The notes under the pieces were generated by a model. The model did no database searches. It was not told the origin of the DNA and saw nothing but the letters and a program-made list of their open reading frames with translations. A DNA stretch of 64,000 bases from Cyclobacteriaceae bacterium (GTDB taxonomy: Bacteria; Bacteroidota; Bacteroidia; Cytophagales; Cyclobacteriaceae), in the NCBI GenBank assembly GCA_035304385.1, contig DATGQD010000062.1, positions 22,119-86,118 of the forward strand, given 5' to 3'. Below are positions 55,964 through 64,000 of the stretch, piece by piece. Numbering within the stretch: the first letter of the stretch is position 1; every line of letters begins with the position of its first letter. The position numbers and the translations under genes are program-made.

Positions 55964-57349
55964 ATGGTTGCCGTATACATTATTTCCGGACTGGGTATTA
56001 TCTCGCTGGTCGCCGAGATCGCGAACCTGAGGCGATGGCTGCTCCCTGTGGCGGTGGCAGGACTGCTGGCCGCAGCGGGCATGGCCGCAGCAGACTGGAA
56101 TACGTCGCAGGCGTACTTCCATGACATGTTGCGATTTGACAACCAGGCGCTTGCGTTCAGCATCATTATCGCCCTGGGCGGACTGCTCTGGTTCTTAATG
56201 TCAGGGCGTTACCTGCGCGAACGTACCGATGTCACCGACCATACGGCGCTGATCATGTTTTCTCTCGTCGGGGCCGTGTTCATGGTGTCTTATCAGAACA
56301 TGGTGATGTTGTTCCTGGGCGTCGAGATCCTCTCCATCTCGTTATATGTGTTGGCGGGCAGCAGAATACGCGATATCCTCTCCAGCGAGGCCGCCATCAA
56401 ATACCTGATCATGGGCTCCTTCGCAACCGGCTTCCTGTTGCTGGGTATAGCGTTGATTTACGGAAGCACGGGGTCGTTTAACCTGGCGAGCATTGGCGAG
56501 GCCATGGCGGCGGGTGGGGGAAGGTTTCCAGCGTACGCGTACGCCGGTGTGCTTCTCATGCTGGTTGGGCTGGCATTCAAGCTGTCGGCCGTGCCGTTTC
56601 ATTTTTGGGCGCCGGACGTATACCAGGGTTCGCCCCTGGTGGTAACGGGCTTTATGCTCACCATAGTGAAGGCGGCTGCCATTGGTGCGTTATACCGGCT
56701 GTTCTCCCTTTCCGTTTCGGAGGTGGCGTCGCAATGGCTGGATGTGGTTGTGGTGATGACCGTCCTTACCCTTGTTGTGGGCAACACGACTGCAGTATTG
56801 CAGCAAAACGTAAAGCGCATGTTCGCCTATTCCGGTATTGCGCATGCCGGTTATCTCCTTATCGCAGTGGTTGCGCCGGGAAGCAATGGCGCCTCTACGA
56901 TCGCGTACTACCTGGCCGCCTATGTTGTCGCTACGCTCGCCGCGTTTGCAGTACTCCAATGTGTTTCCGACGATGAAAATCCTGCGGCGATCCGCAGCTT
57001 TAATGGATTGGGATCGAGAAATCCTTTTCTCGCTTTTGTGATGACGGTGAGCTTGCTGTCGCTTGCGGGCATTCCACCCCTTGCTGGTTTCTTTGGTAAA
57101 TACCTGGTGTTTGTCGGAGCAATAGGGGAAGGATACATTGGGCTGGTGCTCACGGCAGTCGCCGCTTCGCTGGTAGGCGTGTACTATTATTTCCAGCTGA
57201 TCATCGCGATGTACTTCCGTCCTGCTACCGAAGCGCCCGTCGCCATCCCGCGTGAGCTGGTTGTTCTGATGATCGTGCTTACGGTGCTTACGGTGGCGTT
57301 GGGGGTAATGCCAGGGGGGGTGATGTGGAGTGAGTCAATGAGTCAATGA
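55964..57349 (+). CDS. nuoN: NADH-quinone oxidoreductase subunit N
   Basis: ND2-like (...FKLSAVPFHFWAPDVYQGSPLVVTGF...). Its last codons (SESMSQ*) are part of the downstream 8-nt array. Confidence 0.95.
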   Translation: MVAVYIISGLGIISLVAEIANLRRWLLPVAVAGLLAAAGMAAADWNTSQAYFHDMLRFDNQALAFSIIIALGGLLWFLMSGRYLRERTDVTDHTALIMFSLVGAVFMVSYQNMVMLFLGVEILSISLYVLAGSRIRDILSSEAAIKYLIMGSFATGFLLLGIALIYGSTGSFNLASIGEAMAAGGGRFPAYAYAGVLLMLVGLAFKLSAVPFHFWAPDVYQGSPLVVTGFMLTIVKAAAIGALYRLFSLSVSEVASQWLDVVVVMTVLTLVVGNTTAVLQQNVKRMFAYSGIAHAGYLLIAVVAPGSNGASTIAYYLAAYVVATLAAFAVLQCVSDDENPAAIRSFNGLGSRNPFLAFVMTVSLLSLAGIPPLAGFFGKYLVFVGAIGEGYIGLVLTAVAASLVGVYYYFQLIIAMYFRPATEAPVAIPRELVVLMIVLTVLTVALGVMPGGVMWSESMSQ

Positions 57350-57476
57350 GTGATTGAGTGAATGAGTGAATGAGTGAATGAGTGAATGAGTGAATGAGTG
57401 ATTGGGGTAAGAGTGAATGAGGGAATGAGGGAATGGGTGAATGGGTGAATGGTGAATGGTGAATGAGGGAATGGGG
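57328..57476. repeat. about 18 tandem 8-nt units GAATGAGT and variants, C-free
   Basis: Sequence is gagtgagt caatgagt caatgagt gattgagt (gaatgagt)x5 ... gaatgagg gaatgggt .... There is no C between 57345 and 57476. The array starts inside the nuoN 3' end. Confidence 0.9.
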
Positions 57477-57497
57477 CTTGTTCCTTGACGATGGCGC

Positions 57498-57570
57498 TAC
57501 TTCTTACCTCTTCTTCACTCTCACACTCACTCTGTCTTCCGTCCTCACTCTCGCTCTCACTCTCACTCTG
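57498..57570. repeat. G-poor CTCACTCT-type array, partially complementary to the preceding GAGTGA array
   Basis: Sequence is ctacttcttacctcttcttcactctcacactcactctgtcttccgtcctcactctcgctctcactctcactctg. It ends 7 nt before the CBS gene stop. It contains the 20-mer also present at 21602-21621. Confidence 0.8.
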
Positions 57571-57576
57571 TGAATG

Positions 57577-58008
57577 TCATCTTCCGGTGATATATTGCTC
57601 CAAATGCTCGATTATATACCGTTGTTCTTCGATCACGAAGCGGACGACGTCGCCGATGGAGATGACGCCGACGATACTATCGCCTTCCATAACGGGTAGG
57701 TGGCGGATGTGCTTGTTGGTCATGAGGGTCATGCACTCTTCTATAGAGGTGTCCTGCGTTACCGTGATCGGGTTGGGGGTCATGAGTTCGCTGACCGGTA
57801 TTTCGCGGGAATGCTTCCCTTTCAGGATCACCTTTCGCGCATAATCCCGCTCCGTGAAAATACCTACGAGTGTATCCTGATCGACAATCAGTAGACCACC
57901 CACGTTCATGTCACGCATTACCTCCAGTGCATTAAACGCTGTCACCGAAGGAGGCACCGATACCACCGCATGACCCTTCTCTTCAAGAATATTTCGCACC
58001 CATCCCAT
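57577..58008 (-). CDS. CBS domain pair protein
   Basis: 143 aa with two CBS motifs (...NVGGLLIVDQDTLVGIFTERD... and ...IRHLPVMEGDSIVGVISIGDV...). Confidence 0.85.
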   Translation of the reverse strand: MGWVRNILEEKGHAVVSVPPSVTAFNALEVMRDMNVGGLLIVDQDTLVGIFTERDYARKVILKGKHSREIPVSELMTPNPITVTQDTSIEECMTLMTNKHIRHLPVMEGDSIVGVISIGDVVRFVIEEQRYIIEHLEQYITGR

Positions 58009-58080
58009 GATAATACAATTAGAGTGAGTCTGAAAATAGCCATTTCAAACGTTTTCTGCAAGTGGGATGTGCGTTGACTG

Positions 58081-58105
58081 TGCAGTCGGCAGTCGGCAGC
58101 AGGCA
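58081..58105. repeat. short GCAGTCG heptamer array abutting the yebC-like stop codon
   Basis: Sequence is gcagtcg gcagtcg gcagcag gcac, directly before the stop at 58106-58108. Confidence 0.45.
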
Positions 58106-58813
58106 CTATTGAAGAGAATGATAAACCGCTTGTACGTCGTCGTCGCTCTCCAGTGCTTCGATGAGCTTCAGCACCTCATCTACCTGATCTTCGGGGAGTT
58201 CGGTGGTGGCGTTGGGAATGTATTGTAATTCAGAACTGCGTGCGTCGAGGCCACGGGCTTCAACGAATTTTTGAAAATTACCGAAGTCGGTAAATTTGGT
58301 ATAAACGGTAATGGCTTCTTCGTCGACTTCAATGTCTTCTGCGCCGGCATCGATCAGGTCGAGTTCAAGCGCTTCCAGGTCCAGCTTGTCGGGGTCGAAC
58401 TTGAATACCCCTTTCCGTTCAAACAAGAACGCCACGGATCCTGAGTTTCCCATCGAACCGCCGTTCTTGGAAAAATGCAGGCGCACATTGGCAACCGTGC
58501 GCGTAGGGTTGTCTGTGGCGCATTCTACAATGACCGGCACGCCGTGGGGGGCATAGCCCTCATACACAACCTCCTGGTAGTCTTTCTCTTCCTTCGATGA
58601 TGCACGCTTGATGGCAGCCTCGATCCGGTCTTTGGGCATATTCGCGCCCTTGGCATTCTGGATGGCAAGCCGAAGCTTGGGGTTGTAGTCAGGGTTGGGA
58701 CCGCCCTGCCTGACGGCTATGGAAATTTCCTTTCCGATGCGGGTAAACGCCTTGGCCATGCGGTCAAAGCGCGCAAACATCTTGTGCTTCCGTTTCTCAA
58801 ATATTCTGCCCAT
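58106..58813 (-). CDS. YebC/PmpR family DNA-binding transcriptional regulator
   Basis: The MGRIFEKRKHKM start with RMAKAFTRIGKEISIAVRQGGPNPDYNPKLRLAIQNAKGANMPKDRIEAAIKRA is classic YebC. Confidence 0.9.
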   Translation of the reverse strand: MGRIFEKRKHKMFARFDRMAKAFTRIGKEISIAVRQGGPNPDYNPKLRLAIQNAKGANMPKDRIEAAIKRASSKEEKDYQEVVYEGYAPHGVPVIVECATDNPTRTVANVRLHFSKNGGSMGNSGSVAFLFERKGVFKFDPDKLDLEALELDLIDAGAEDIEVDEEAITVYTKFTDFGNFQKFVEARGLDARSSELQYIPNATTELPEDQVDEVLKLIEALESDDDVQAVYHSLQ

Positions 58814-59051
58814 GATGAAGTACGGCTGGGTGAAACCTGGGCGCTAAAATTAAAACTCAGGGAGTTTCGACCCAAATGCCTCCTCATTATACCTGGAGGC
58901 GATGCGCGTAGCGGGATGATCGCGTGTGCCCATGTGCACCGGCACACGGCGTCCGTTAGGGTATTTTTGTCCGATTACGCCCCACCTAATAGCCGTTAGG
59001 TTATGTTGTATAATCTTGCCGGGGGCCTACAAATTGATGTAAGATTTTTAC

Positions 59052-59059
59052 TAAATTTG
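59052..59059 (+). promoter_or_regulatory. candidate -7 box TAAATTTG upstream of the giant surface protein gene
   Basis: Matches TAnnTTTG, 22 nt upstream of ATG 59081. There is only a weak -33 (ATTG). Confidence 0.3.
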
Positions 59060-59080
59060 TCGGTCTATCAGTTGGTTCGA

Positions 59081-62000
59081 ATGCGAAAAGTCTACTTTTG
59101 CCCGCTATTCACTGGCATACTGTTTTTTTTGTCGGGTAATATTTTGCCCGCCCAGCCGCCAGAAATCACTGGTCAGAATACCACGCCGTCTATCGATGAA
59201 GACACTTTCATCGATATCGACATCAATCATCTGATTGTTGAGGATGCGGATTCTGATTTCCCGACAGGCTTTACGCTGGAGGTAGAGGAGGGGCCGGACT
59301 ACACCGTTGAAGATGCACGCGTCACACCGGCGCTCAACTTTAACGGCACGCTGGCCGTACGGTTGAGGGTGATCGATCCGGACATGGAGCCGTCAGCGTA
59401 CTATGATTTCCAGGTTGATGTCTCCCCCGTCAACGACGCGCCTGTTATCGATGGGCCGGTGAACCCGGATGTGTCGATCGACGAAGAGTCCACGCTGACC
59501 GTCAATTCCTCCGACCTCATTATCTCCGATCCGGATAACGATGATTTTACGGTCACGGTCGAGGATGGGGCCAACTATTCCGCCGCGGGCAACACCTTTA
59601 CGGTAGACGAGGACTACTTTGGTCCGTTGACCGTGCGGCTCTCCGTCAACGACGGGGAGGCCGACAGCGACCCGTTCGATCTGGATCTCACGGTGAATAA
59701 CGTCAACGACCCGCCAACCATGAACAGCATCCCCCCGCTGAACATGGCTGCCGGCGAAACGCAGGATGCGCTCCTGACAGGTCTGTACAGTGGGGCGGAC
59801 AACGAGGACGATCCGCTTGACGTAACCATTGTAAACAACTCCAATCCCGACCTTTTCGATCAGGTCACTTTGACCCATACATCGCCCAACCCGGAAGGTA
59901 CCATCACCTTCGAGGCGAAGAGTGGTGCGTCGGGAAGTTCAGATATCACCGTCCGCCTGTCGGACGGCCAGGCATTTGTTGAGGAAACGTTTACCGTTTC
60001 GGTACAACATACCAACGCCTCACCCACACTCGACCCGATCGCCAATGCGGAAATAGATGAAGACGCTCCTGAACAGACGGTCACGCTCTCAGGCATCTCT
60101 CCCGGAGCGGGCGAGGATGACGTTCAGCAGGTGACCATCGAGGCGGAATCGAACATGCCATCGGTAATTCCGCACCCGACCGTGACTCACGATGGTGGTT
60201 CTGGCGAACTTCGTTACCAGCCGCTGCCCAACCAGTTCACTTCGCCCGGAAATCCGGTAACGATCACCGTGCGGGTGCGCGATAATGACGCTTCTCCTAT
60301 GGAAGTCACCCAGTCATTTGATGTTGTGGTGAACAGCGTCAACGACCAGCCCGTGATCGATGGTCCGGTGAACATGGATATGTCGATCGATGAAGAGTCT
60401 ACGATCACGATCAATTCGTCCGACCTCGTGATCTCCGACCCGGATGATGATACGTTCACCGTCTCCATTGAAGATGGCGCCAACTATTCTGCGGTGGGCA
60501 ACACCTTTACGGTCGACGAGGACTACTTTGGTCCACTGGCCATCAGACTTTCCGTCAATGACGGGGAGGCCGAAAGCGACCCCTTCGATCTTACCCTCAC
60601 AGTCGACAACGTCAACGATCCGCCTGTGATGAACAGCATCGCACCCCTGAGCATGGCCGCCGGCGAAACGCAGGATGCGCTCCTGACAGGGCTCTACAGT
60701 GGTGCGGACAACGAGAACGACCCGCTTCTGGTCACAATCCAAAACAACTCCAATCCCGACCTCTTCGACCAGGTCACTGTGACCCACACATCGCCTAACC
60801 CGGAAGGCACCATCACCTTCGAAGCGAAGGCCGGCGCTTCGGGAAGCTCAGATATCACCGTCCGCCTGTCCGACGGCCAGGCATTCGTTGAGGAGACGTT
60901 TACCGTTTCGGTGCAAGATACCAATGCGCCACCCACACTTGACCCGATCGCCAATGCGGAAATAGATGAAGACGCCCCTGAACAGACCATCACGCTCTCG
61001 GGTATCTCCCCGGGAGCAGGCGAGAATAACATTCAGCTGGTGACCGTTGAGGCGGAATCCAACATGCCATCCGTGATTCCAAACCCGACCGTTTCTCATG
61101 ATGGAAGCTCCACGACTGGCGAACTTCGTTACCAGCCGCTGCCGAATCAGTTCACTTCAGCGGGAAGTCCTGCCAGGATCACCGTCAGGGTGCGCGACAA
61201 TCACGTTTCACCTGTAGAGGTCACCCAGTCGTTCGACGTCGTGGTGAACAGCGTAAACGACCGGCCGGTGATCGATGGGCCGGTGAACATGAACCTGGCC
61301 ATTGCTGAAGAGGCCACGCACACCCTCAATCCATCCGATTTCAATATTTCTGACCCTGACGACGATACCTTTACTTTAACCATCGTCGACGGTGACAACT
61401 ATTCCGCGGTGGGTAATGTCCTCACGCCGGATGAGGATTATTTCGGTCCATTAACTGCACAGGTTGTCGTTAGCGATGGAGAAGCCGAAAGCGATCCTTT
61501 CAGCTACACCCTCACCGTAAACAATGTCAACGATCCGCCTACGATGGAGCTGGTCACGAACAGCCTCAACCTCACAGAAGGGCAGACGGGGTCAGTGGGG
61601 TTCACGGGCATCACGACCGGCGCTGCCAATGAAAATGATAATCTTTCTATTTCTATTCAGAGCAATAGTAATCCGGATCTTTTCAGCAACATCACCACCA
61701 ATTATGTATCGCCTCAGGCCCAGGGCAATATGGCATTTACTGCTGCCAACAATGTGTCGGGCAACTCGGATATCACCGTACGGTTGTCGGATGGGGAAGA
61801 CTTCGTAGACCGTTCCTTCGTGGTGTCGGTAGACGAAGTGACGGCGGTACCGACCATCGATAACATTCCTAATCAAATCATCGATGAAGATGCCGCCCCG
61901 CAGGTGGTTAATCTCACAAATATCACCGCGGGTTTAGGAGATGAGGGACAGCCGGTGACGGTAACGGCCACGTCCAGCGACCCAACGATCATTCCGCACC

Positions 62001-64000
62001 CTGCCATTTCTCATAGCGGAGCCAATACTACCGGCACGTTGACCTATCAGCCGGTGGCGAACAAATTCGGAGGACCGGTAACGATCACCGTAACCGTGAC
62101 CGATACGGAAGATCCGCCTCAGTCGTACAGCGTGAACTTTCAGGTAACGGTAACCGCTGTCAATGATCCTCCGACGCTGAACGCCTTGTCCAACATCGAA
62201 ATCGACGAGAACGCCGGCGCCCAGGTAGTGAACCTGTCTGGTATCGGGCCAGGTCCGGAAGAGGGCGGTCAGGGTGTGACCGTTACGGCAGTGTCCAACA
62301 ATACCGCATTAATACCGAATCCGGCAGTGAGCTATACTTCTGGAAGTGATGGATCTATTTCGTTCACGCCGGTGGCGAACCAGTTCGGTGTAGCACAGAT
62401 AACTGTGACGGTCACCGACGACGGCGGATTGCAGGTAAGCCGTTCGTTTACTGTCACGGTAAATGAGATCAACGACCCGCCGACACTAAATCCCATCGCT
62501 AACCTTACCATCGATGAGGATGCCGAGCCTCAGACGGTGAACCTTACCGGCATCTCGCCAGGTCCGGGAGAGGGCGGTCAGGGTGTGGTCATCACAGCCA
62601 CGTCGGACAACACGGCCCTGATACCCAATCCCACGGTCAATTACACCTCCGGTACCGAGGGATCGATTTCGTTCACGCCGGTGGCGAACCGATGGGGCAC
62701 GGCGCAGGTGACCGTGACGGTCACCGACCAGGGGACACCGGCGCAGCAAATCAGCCGGACCTTCAATGTTACGGTCAATGCCGTCAATGACCCGCCCACG
62801 CTGGCCGCAATACCGGACCTCACCATCAATGAAGGCGACGGTCTTCAAACGGTGAACCTCACGGGCATTTCTCCGGGGCCGGAAGAAGACGGACAAGGCG
62901 TGATCGTGTCCGCCACCTCTGACAACACAACGCTGATACCCAATCCAGCCGTTAACTACAGTTCCGGAAGTGAAGGATCCATTTCCTTCACGCCAGCGCC
63001 CAACCAATGGGGTACGGCTCAGGTTACCGTAACGGTCACCGACCAGGGATCGCCGCAGCAGCAGGTTAGCCGTACGTTCACGGTCACGGTGAATGAAGTG
63101 AACGATCCGCCGACGCTGAACGCTTTGTCGGATATCACGATCGATGAAGATGCAGATCCTCAAAACGTAAACCTTACGGGCATCTCACCGGGACCGGGTG
63201 AAGCCGGGCAGGGGATTACCATAACGGCCACCTCAAGCAATACGGCTTTGATACCGCATCCGACGGTCAACTATACTTCGGGTGCGACCGGGTCCATCAC
63301 ATTTGCGCCCGAACCGGATAAGTCCGGCACAGCACAAATCACGGTAACGGTAACCGACTCCGGCACACCTGCGCAGCAGATCAGCCGTACGTTCACGGTC
63401 ACCGTCAACGAAGTCAACGACCCGCCCGTCATCGTAGGGCAGTCGGCCGTGTCCGTCGATGAGGACAATAACTTTACCATCCTGGTGAGCCATCTCATCA
63501 TTGAAGACCCGGATCACACTTCGGGGTTCGAGATAACCGTGCAGAACGGCGCCAACTATACGCGGAGCGGTACGGTGATTACGCCGGCGCCGAACTACAA
63601 CGGAAACCTTTCGATACCGATCACGGTCAGCGACGGTATCAACTCCAGCGCGGTGTTTAATTTTCAGCTTACGGTGAACCCGGTGAACGACCCGCCGGTC
63701 ATTACAGGACAAAAGCCGATCAGCATCGACGAAGAGGAGTCGATAGAGCTTACCGTGGAACACCTCAACATTAGTGATCCCGACGACGAGTATCCGGGCG
63801 GCTTCACCCTGATCGTTGCCGGTGGTGCAAACTATACCGTCGCCGGCGCTACTACCATCATACCTGCAACCAATTACAATGGCGTGCTGGAGGTTCCGGT
63901 GTTTGTCAACGATGGTGATGCGAACAGCAACATCTTCACGCTGAACATTACCGTCAACCCCGTCAACGATCCGCCCATTATCACGGGCCAGGCAGTGGCA
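59081..64000 (+). CDS. giant cadherin-like / tandem-95-type repeat surface protein (3' end outside window; not in ORF track)
   Basis: ATG 59081 with signal peptide MRKVYFCPLFTGILFFLSGNILPAQ. The frame is open for 1640 codons to the window end (the 59081-60360 segment was translated by hand). Ten VNDxP domain boundaries are all in this frame. The last codons read VNDPPIITGQAVA. Confidence 0.9.
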   Translation, partial: MRKVYFCPLFTGILFFLSGNILPAQPPEITGQNTTPSIDEDTFIDIDINHLIVEDADSDFPTGFTLEVEEGPDYTVEDARVTPALNFNGTLAVRLRVIDPDMEPSAYYDFQVDVSPVNDAPVIDGPVNPDVSIDEESTLTVNSSDLIISDPDNDDFTVTVEDGANYSAAGNTFTVDEDYFGPLTVRLSVNDGEADSDPFDLDLTVNNVNDPPTMNSIPPLNMAAGETQDALLTGLYSGADNEDDPLDVTIVNNSNPDLFDQVTLTHTSPNPEGTITFEAKSGASGSSDITVRLSDGQAFVEETFTVSVQHTNASPTLDPIANAEIDEDAPEQTVTLSGISPGAGEDDVQQVTIEAESNMPSVIPHPTVTHDGGSGELRYQPLPNQFTSPGNPVTITVRVRDNDASPMEVTQSFDVVVNSVNDQPVIDGPVNMDMSIDEESTITINSSDLVISDPDDDTFTVSIEDGANYSAVGNTFTVDEDYFGPLAIRLSVNDGEAESDPFDLTLTVDNVNDPPVMNSIAPLSMAAGETQDALLTGLYSGADNENDPLLVTIQNNSNPDLFDQVTVTHTSPNPEGTITFEAKAGASGSSDITVRLSDGQAFVEETFTVSVQDTNAPPTLDPIANAEIDEDAPEQTITLSGISPGAGENNIQLVTVEAESNMPSVIPNPTVSHDGSSTTGELRYQPLPNQFTSAGSPARITVRVRDNHVSPVEVTQSFDVVVNSVNDRPVIDGPVNMNLAIAEEATHTLNPSDFNISDPDDDTFTLTIVDGDNYSAVGNVLTPDEDYFGPLTAQVVVSDGEAESDPFSYTLTVNNVNDPPTMELVTNSLNLTEGQTGSVGFTGITTGAANENDNLSISIQSNSNPDLFSNITTNYVSPQAQGNMAFTAANNVSGNSDITVRLSDGEDFVDRSFVVSVDEVTAVPTIDNIPNQIIDEDAAPQVVNLTNITAGLGDEGQPVTVTATSSDPTIIPHPAISHSGANTTGTLTYQPVANKFGGPVTITVTVTDTEDPPQSYSVNFQVTVTAVNDPPTLNALSNIEIDENAGAQVVNLSGIGPGPEEGGQGVTVTAVSNNTALIPNPAVSYTSGSDGSISFTPVANQFGVAQITVTVTDDGGLQVSRSFTVTVNEINDPPTLNPIANLTIDEDAEPQTVNLTGISPGPGEGGQGVVITATSDNTALIPNPTVNYTSGTEGSISFTPVANRWGTAQVTVTVTDQGTPAQQISRTFNVTVNAVNDPPTLAAIPDLTINEGDGLQTVNLTGISPGPEEDGQGVIVSATSDNTTLIPNPAVNYSSGSEGSISFTPAPNQWGTAQVTVTVTDQGSPQQQVSRTFTVTVNEVNDPPTLNALSDITIDEDADPQNVNLTGISPGPGEAGQGITITATSSNTALIPHPTVNYTSGATGSITFAPEPDKSGTAQITVTVTDSGTPAQQISRTFTVTVNEVNDPPVIVGQSAVSVDEDNNFTILVSHLIIEDPDHTSGFEITVQNGANYTRSGTVITPAPNYNGNLSIPITVSDGINSSAVFNFQLTVNPVNDPPVITGQKPISIDEEESIELTVEHLNISDPDDEYPGGFTLIVAGGANYTVAGATTIIPATNYNGVLEVPVFVNDGDANSNIFTLNITVNPVNDPPIITGQAVA
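59429..62158 (+). repeat. three tandem copies of a 906-915 bp three-domain super-repeat within the surface protein gene
   Basis: Copies start at in-frame VND(A/Q/R)PVIDGPVN at 59429, 60338 and 61253. Copies 1 and 2 are very similar at the DNA level: 17 mismatches in the first 100 aligned nt counted by hand, with 20-30 nt identical runs later. Copy 3 is more diverged. Confidence 0.85.
62159..63412 (+). repeat. four tandem 103-105 aa domain repeats (309-315 bp period)
   Basis: In-frame (V/I)NDPPTL boundaries lie at 62159, 62468, 62783 and 63098 (next domain type at 63413). The unit pattern is IDEDA.PQ.VNLTGISPGPGE.GQGV...LIPNP.VNY.SG..GSISFTP..N.WGTAQVTVTVTD. Shorter 90-93 aa units follow at 63413, 63683 and 63962. 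Confidence 0.85.

Noticed and set aside
59393-63763. Minus-strand ORFs 59393-59878, 59860-60096, 60314-60787, 60694-61032, 62486-63163, 63233-63763 and others
   Set aside because: These are antisense shadows of the giant + strand repeat gene. They repeat with the same period as the + strand domains, have Arg/Gly/Val-rich implausible composition, and overlap each other.

Overview
This window looks like a chromosomal, mostly housekeeping segment of a Bacteroidota genome. Supporting signs are CarboxypepD_reg-type TonB-dependent receptors (one with a DUF4249 partner), TAnnTTTG-type promoter boxes, many lipoprotein and glycan genes, a short NuoG, and a giant tandem-repeat surface protein. I support about 60 protein genes and one tRNA-Glu(UUC). 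I found no rRNA, CRISPR, transposase, integrase or phage genes, and no recognisable defence system. Landmarks, left to right: OmpA/PD40 protein (5' truncated), queA, OSBS-like enolase, LOG, DoxX, an SPFH plus Arc-like operon, TonB receptor plus DUF4249, a 993-aa HExxH/PD40/Omp85-like protein, PDH E2, hslV, a J-domain/TPR protein, a class-III aminotransferase, gap, tRNA-Glu, PQQ sugar dehydrogenase, SatD plus DUF3307, CsbD, an AraR-like Nudix regulator plus GH51 arabinofuranosidase, an AI-2E transporter, SRAP, a four-gene cluster (membrane protein, OM barrel, vanadium-haloperoxidase-like PAP2 lipoprotein, TonB receptor), a class-V aminotransferase, GH130, an esterase, an LtaS-like sulfatase, a complete 14-gene nuoA-N operon, CBS, YebC, and a surface protein of at least 1640 aa that runs off the right edge. 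The ORF track misses that last gene because it has no stop in the window. It also misses at least two convincing ORFs under 60 aa (Arc-like RHH, lmo0937 family). Several track ORFs carry false N-terminal extensions. I did not find a clear-cut new system. The most unusual items are: (1) an Omp85-type barrel apparently fused to a peptidase-like domain and a beta-propeller instead of POTRA domains; (2) many intergenic spacers filled exactly by short-period, strand-asymmetric tandem arrays or complementary arms; (3) the uncharacterised SatD/DUF3307 pair, whose SatD shows cyclase-like motifs plus an HTH; (4) the haloperoxidase-like/TonB cluster; (5) recent super-repeat duplication inside the giant surface protein. 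All functional calls rest on motif recognition by eye; no searches were run.
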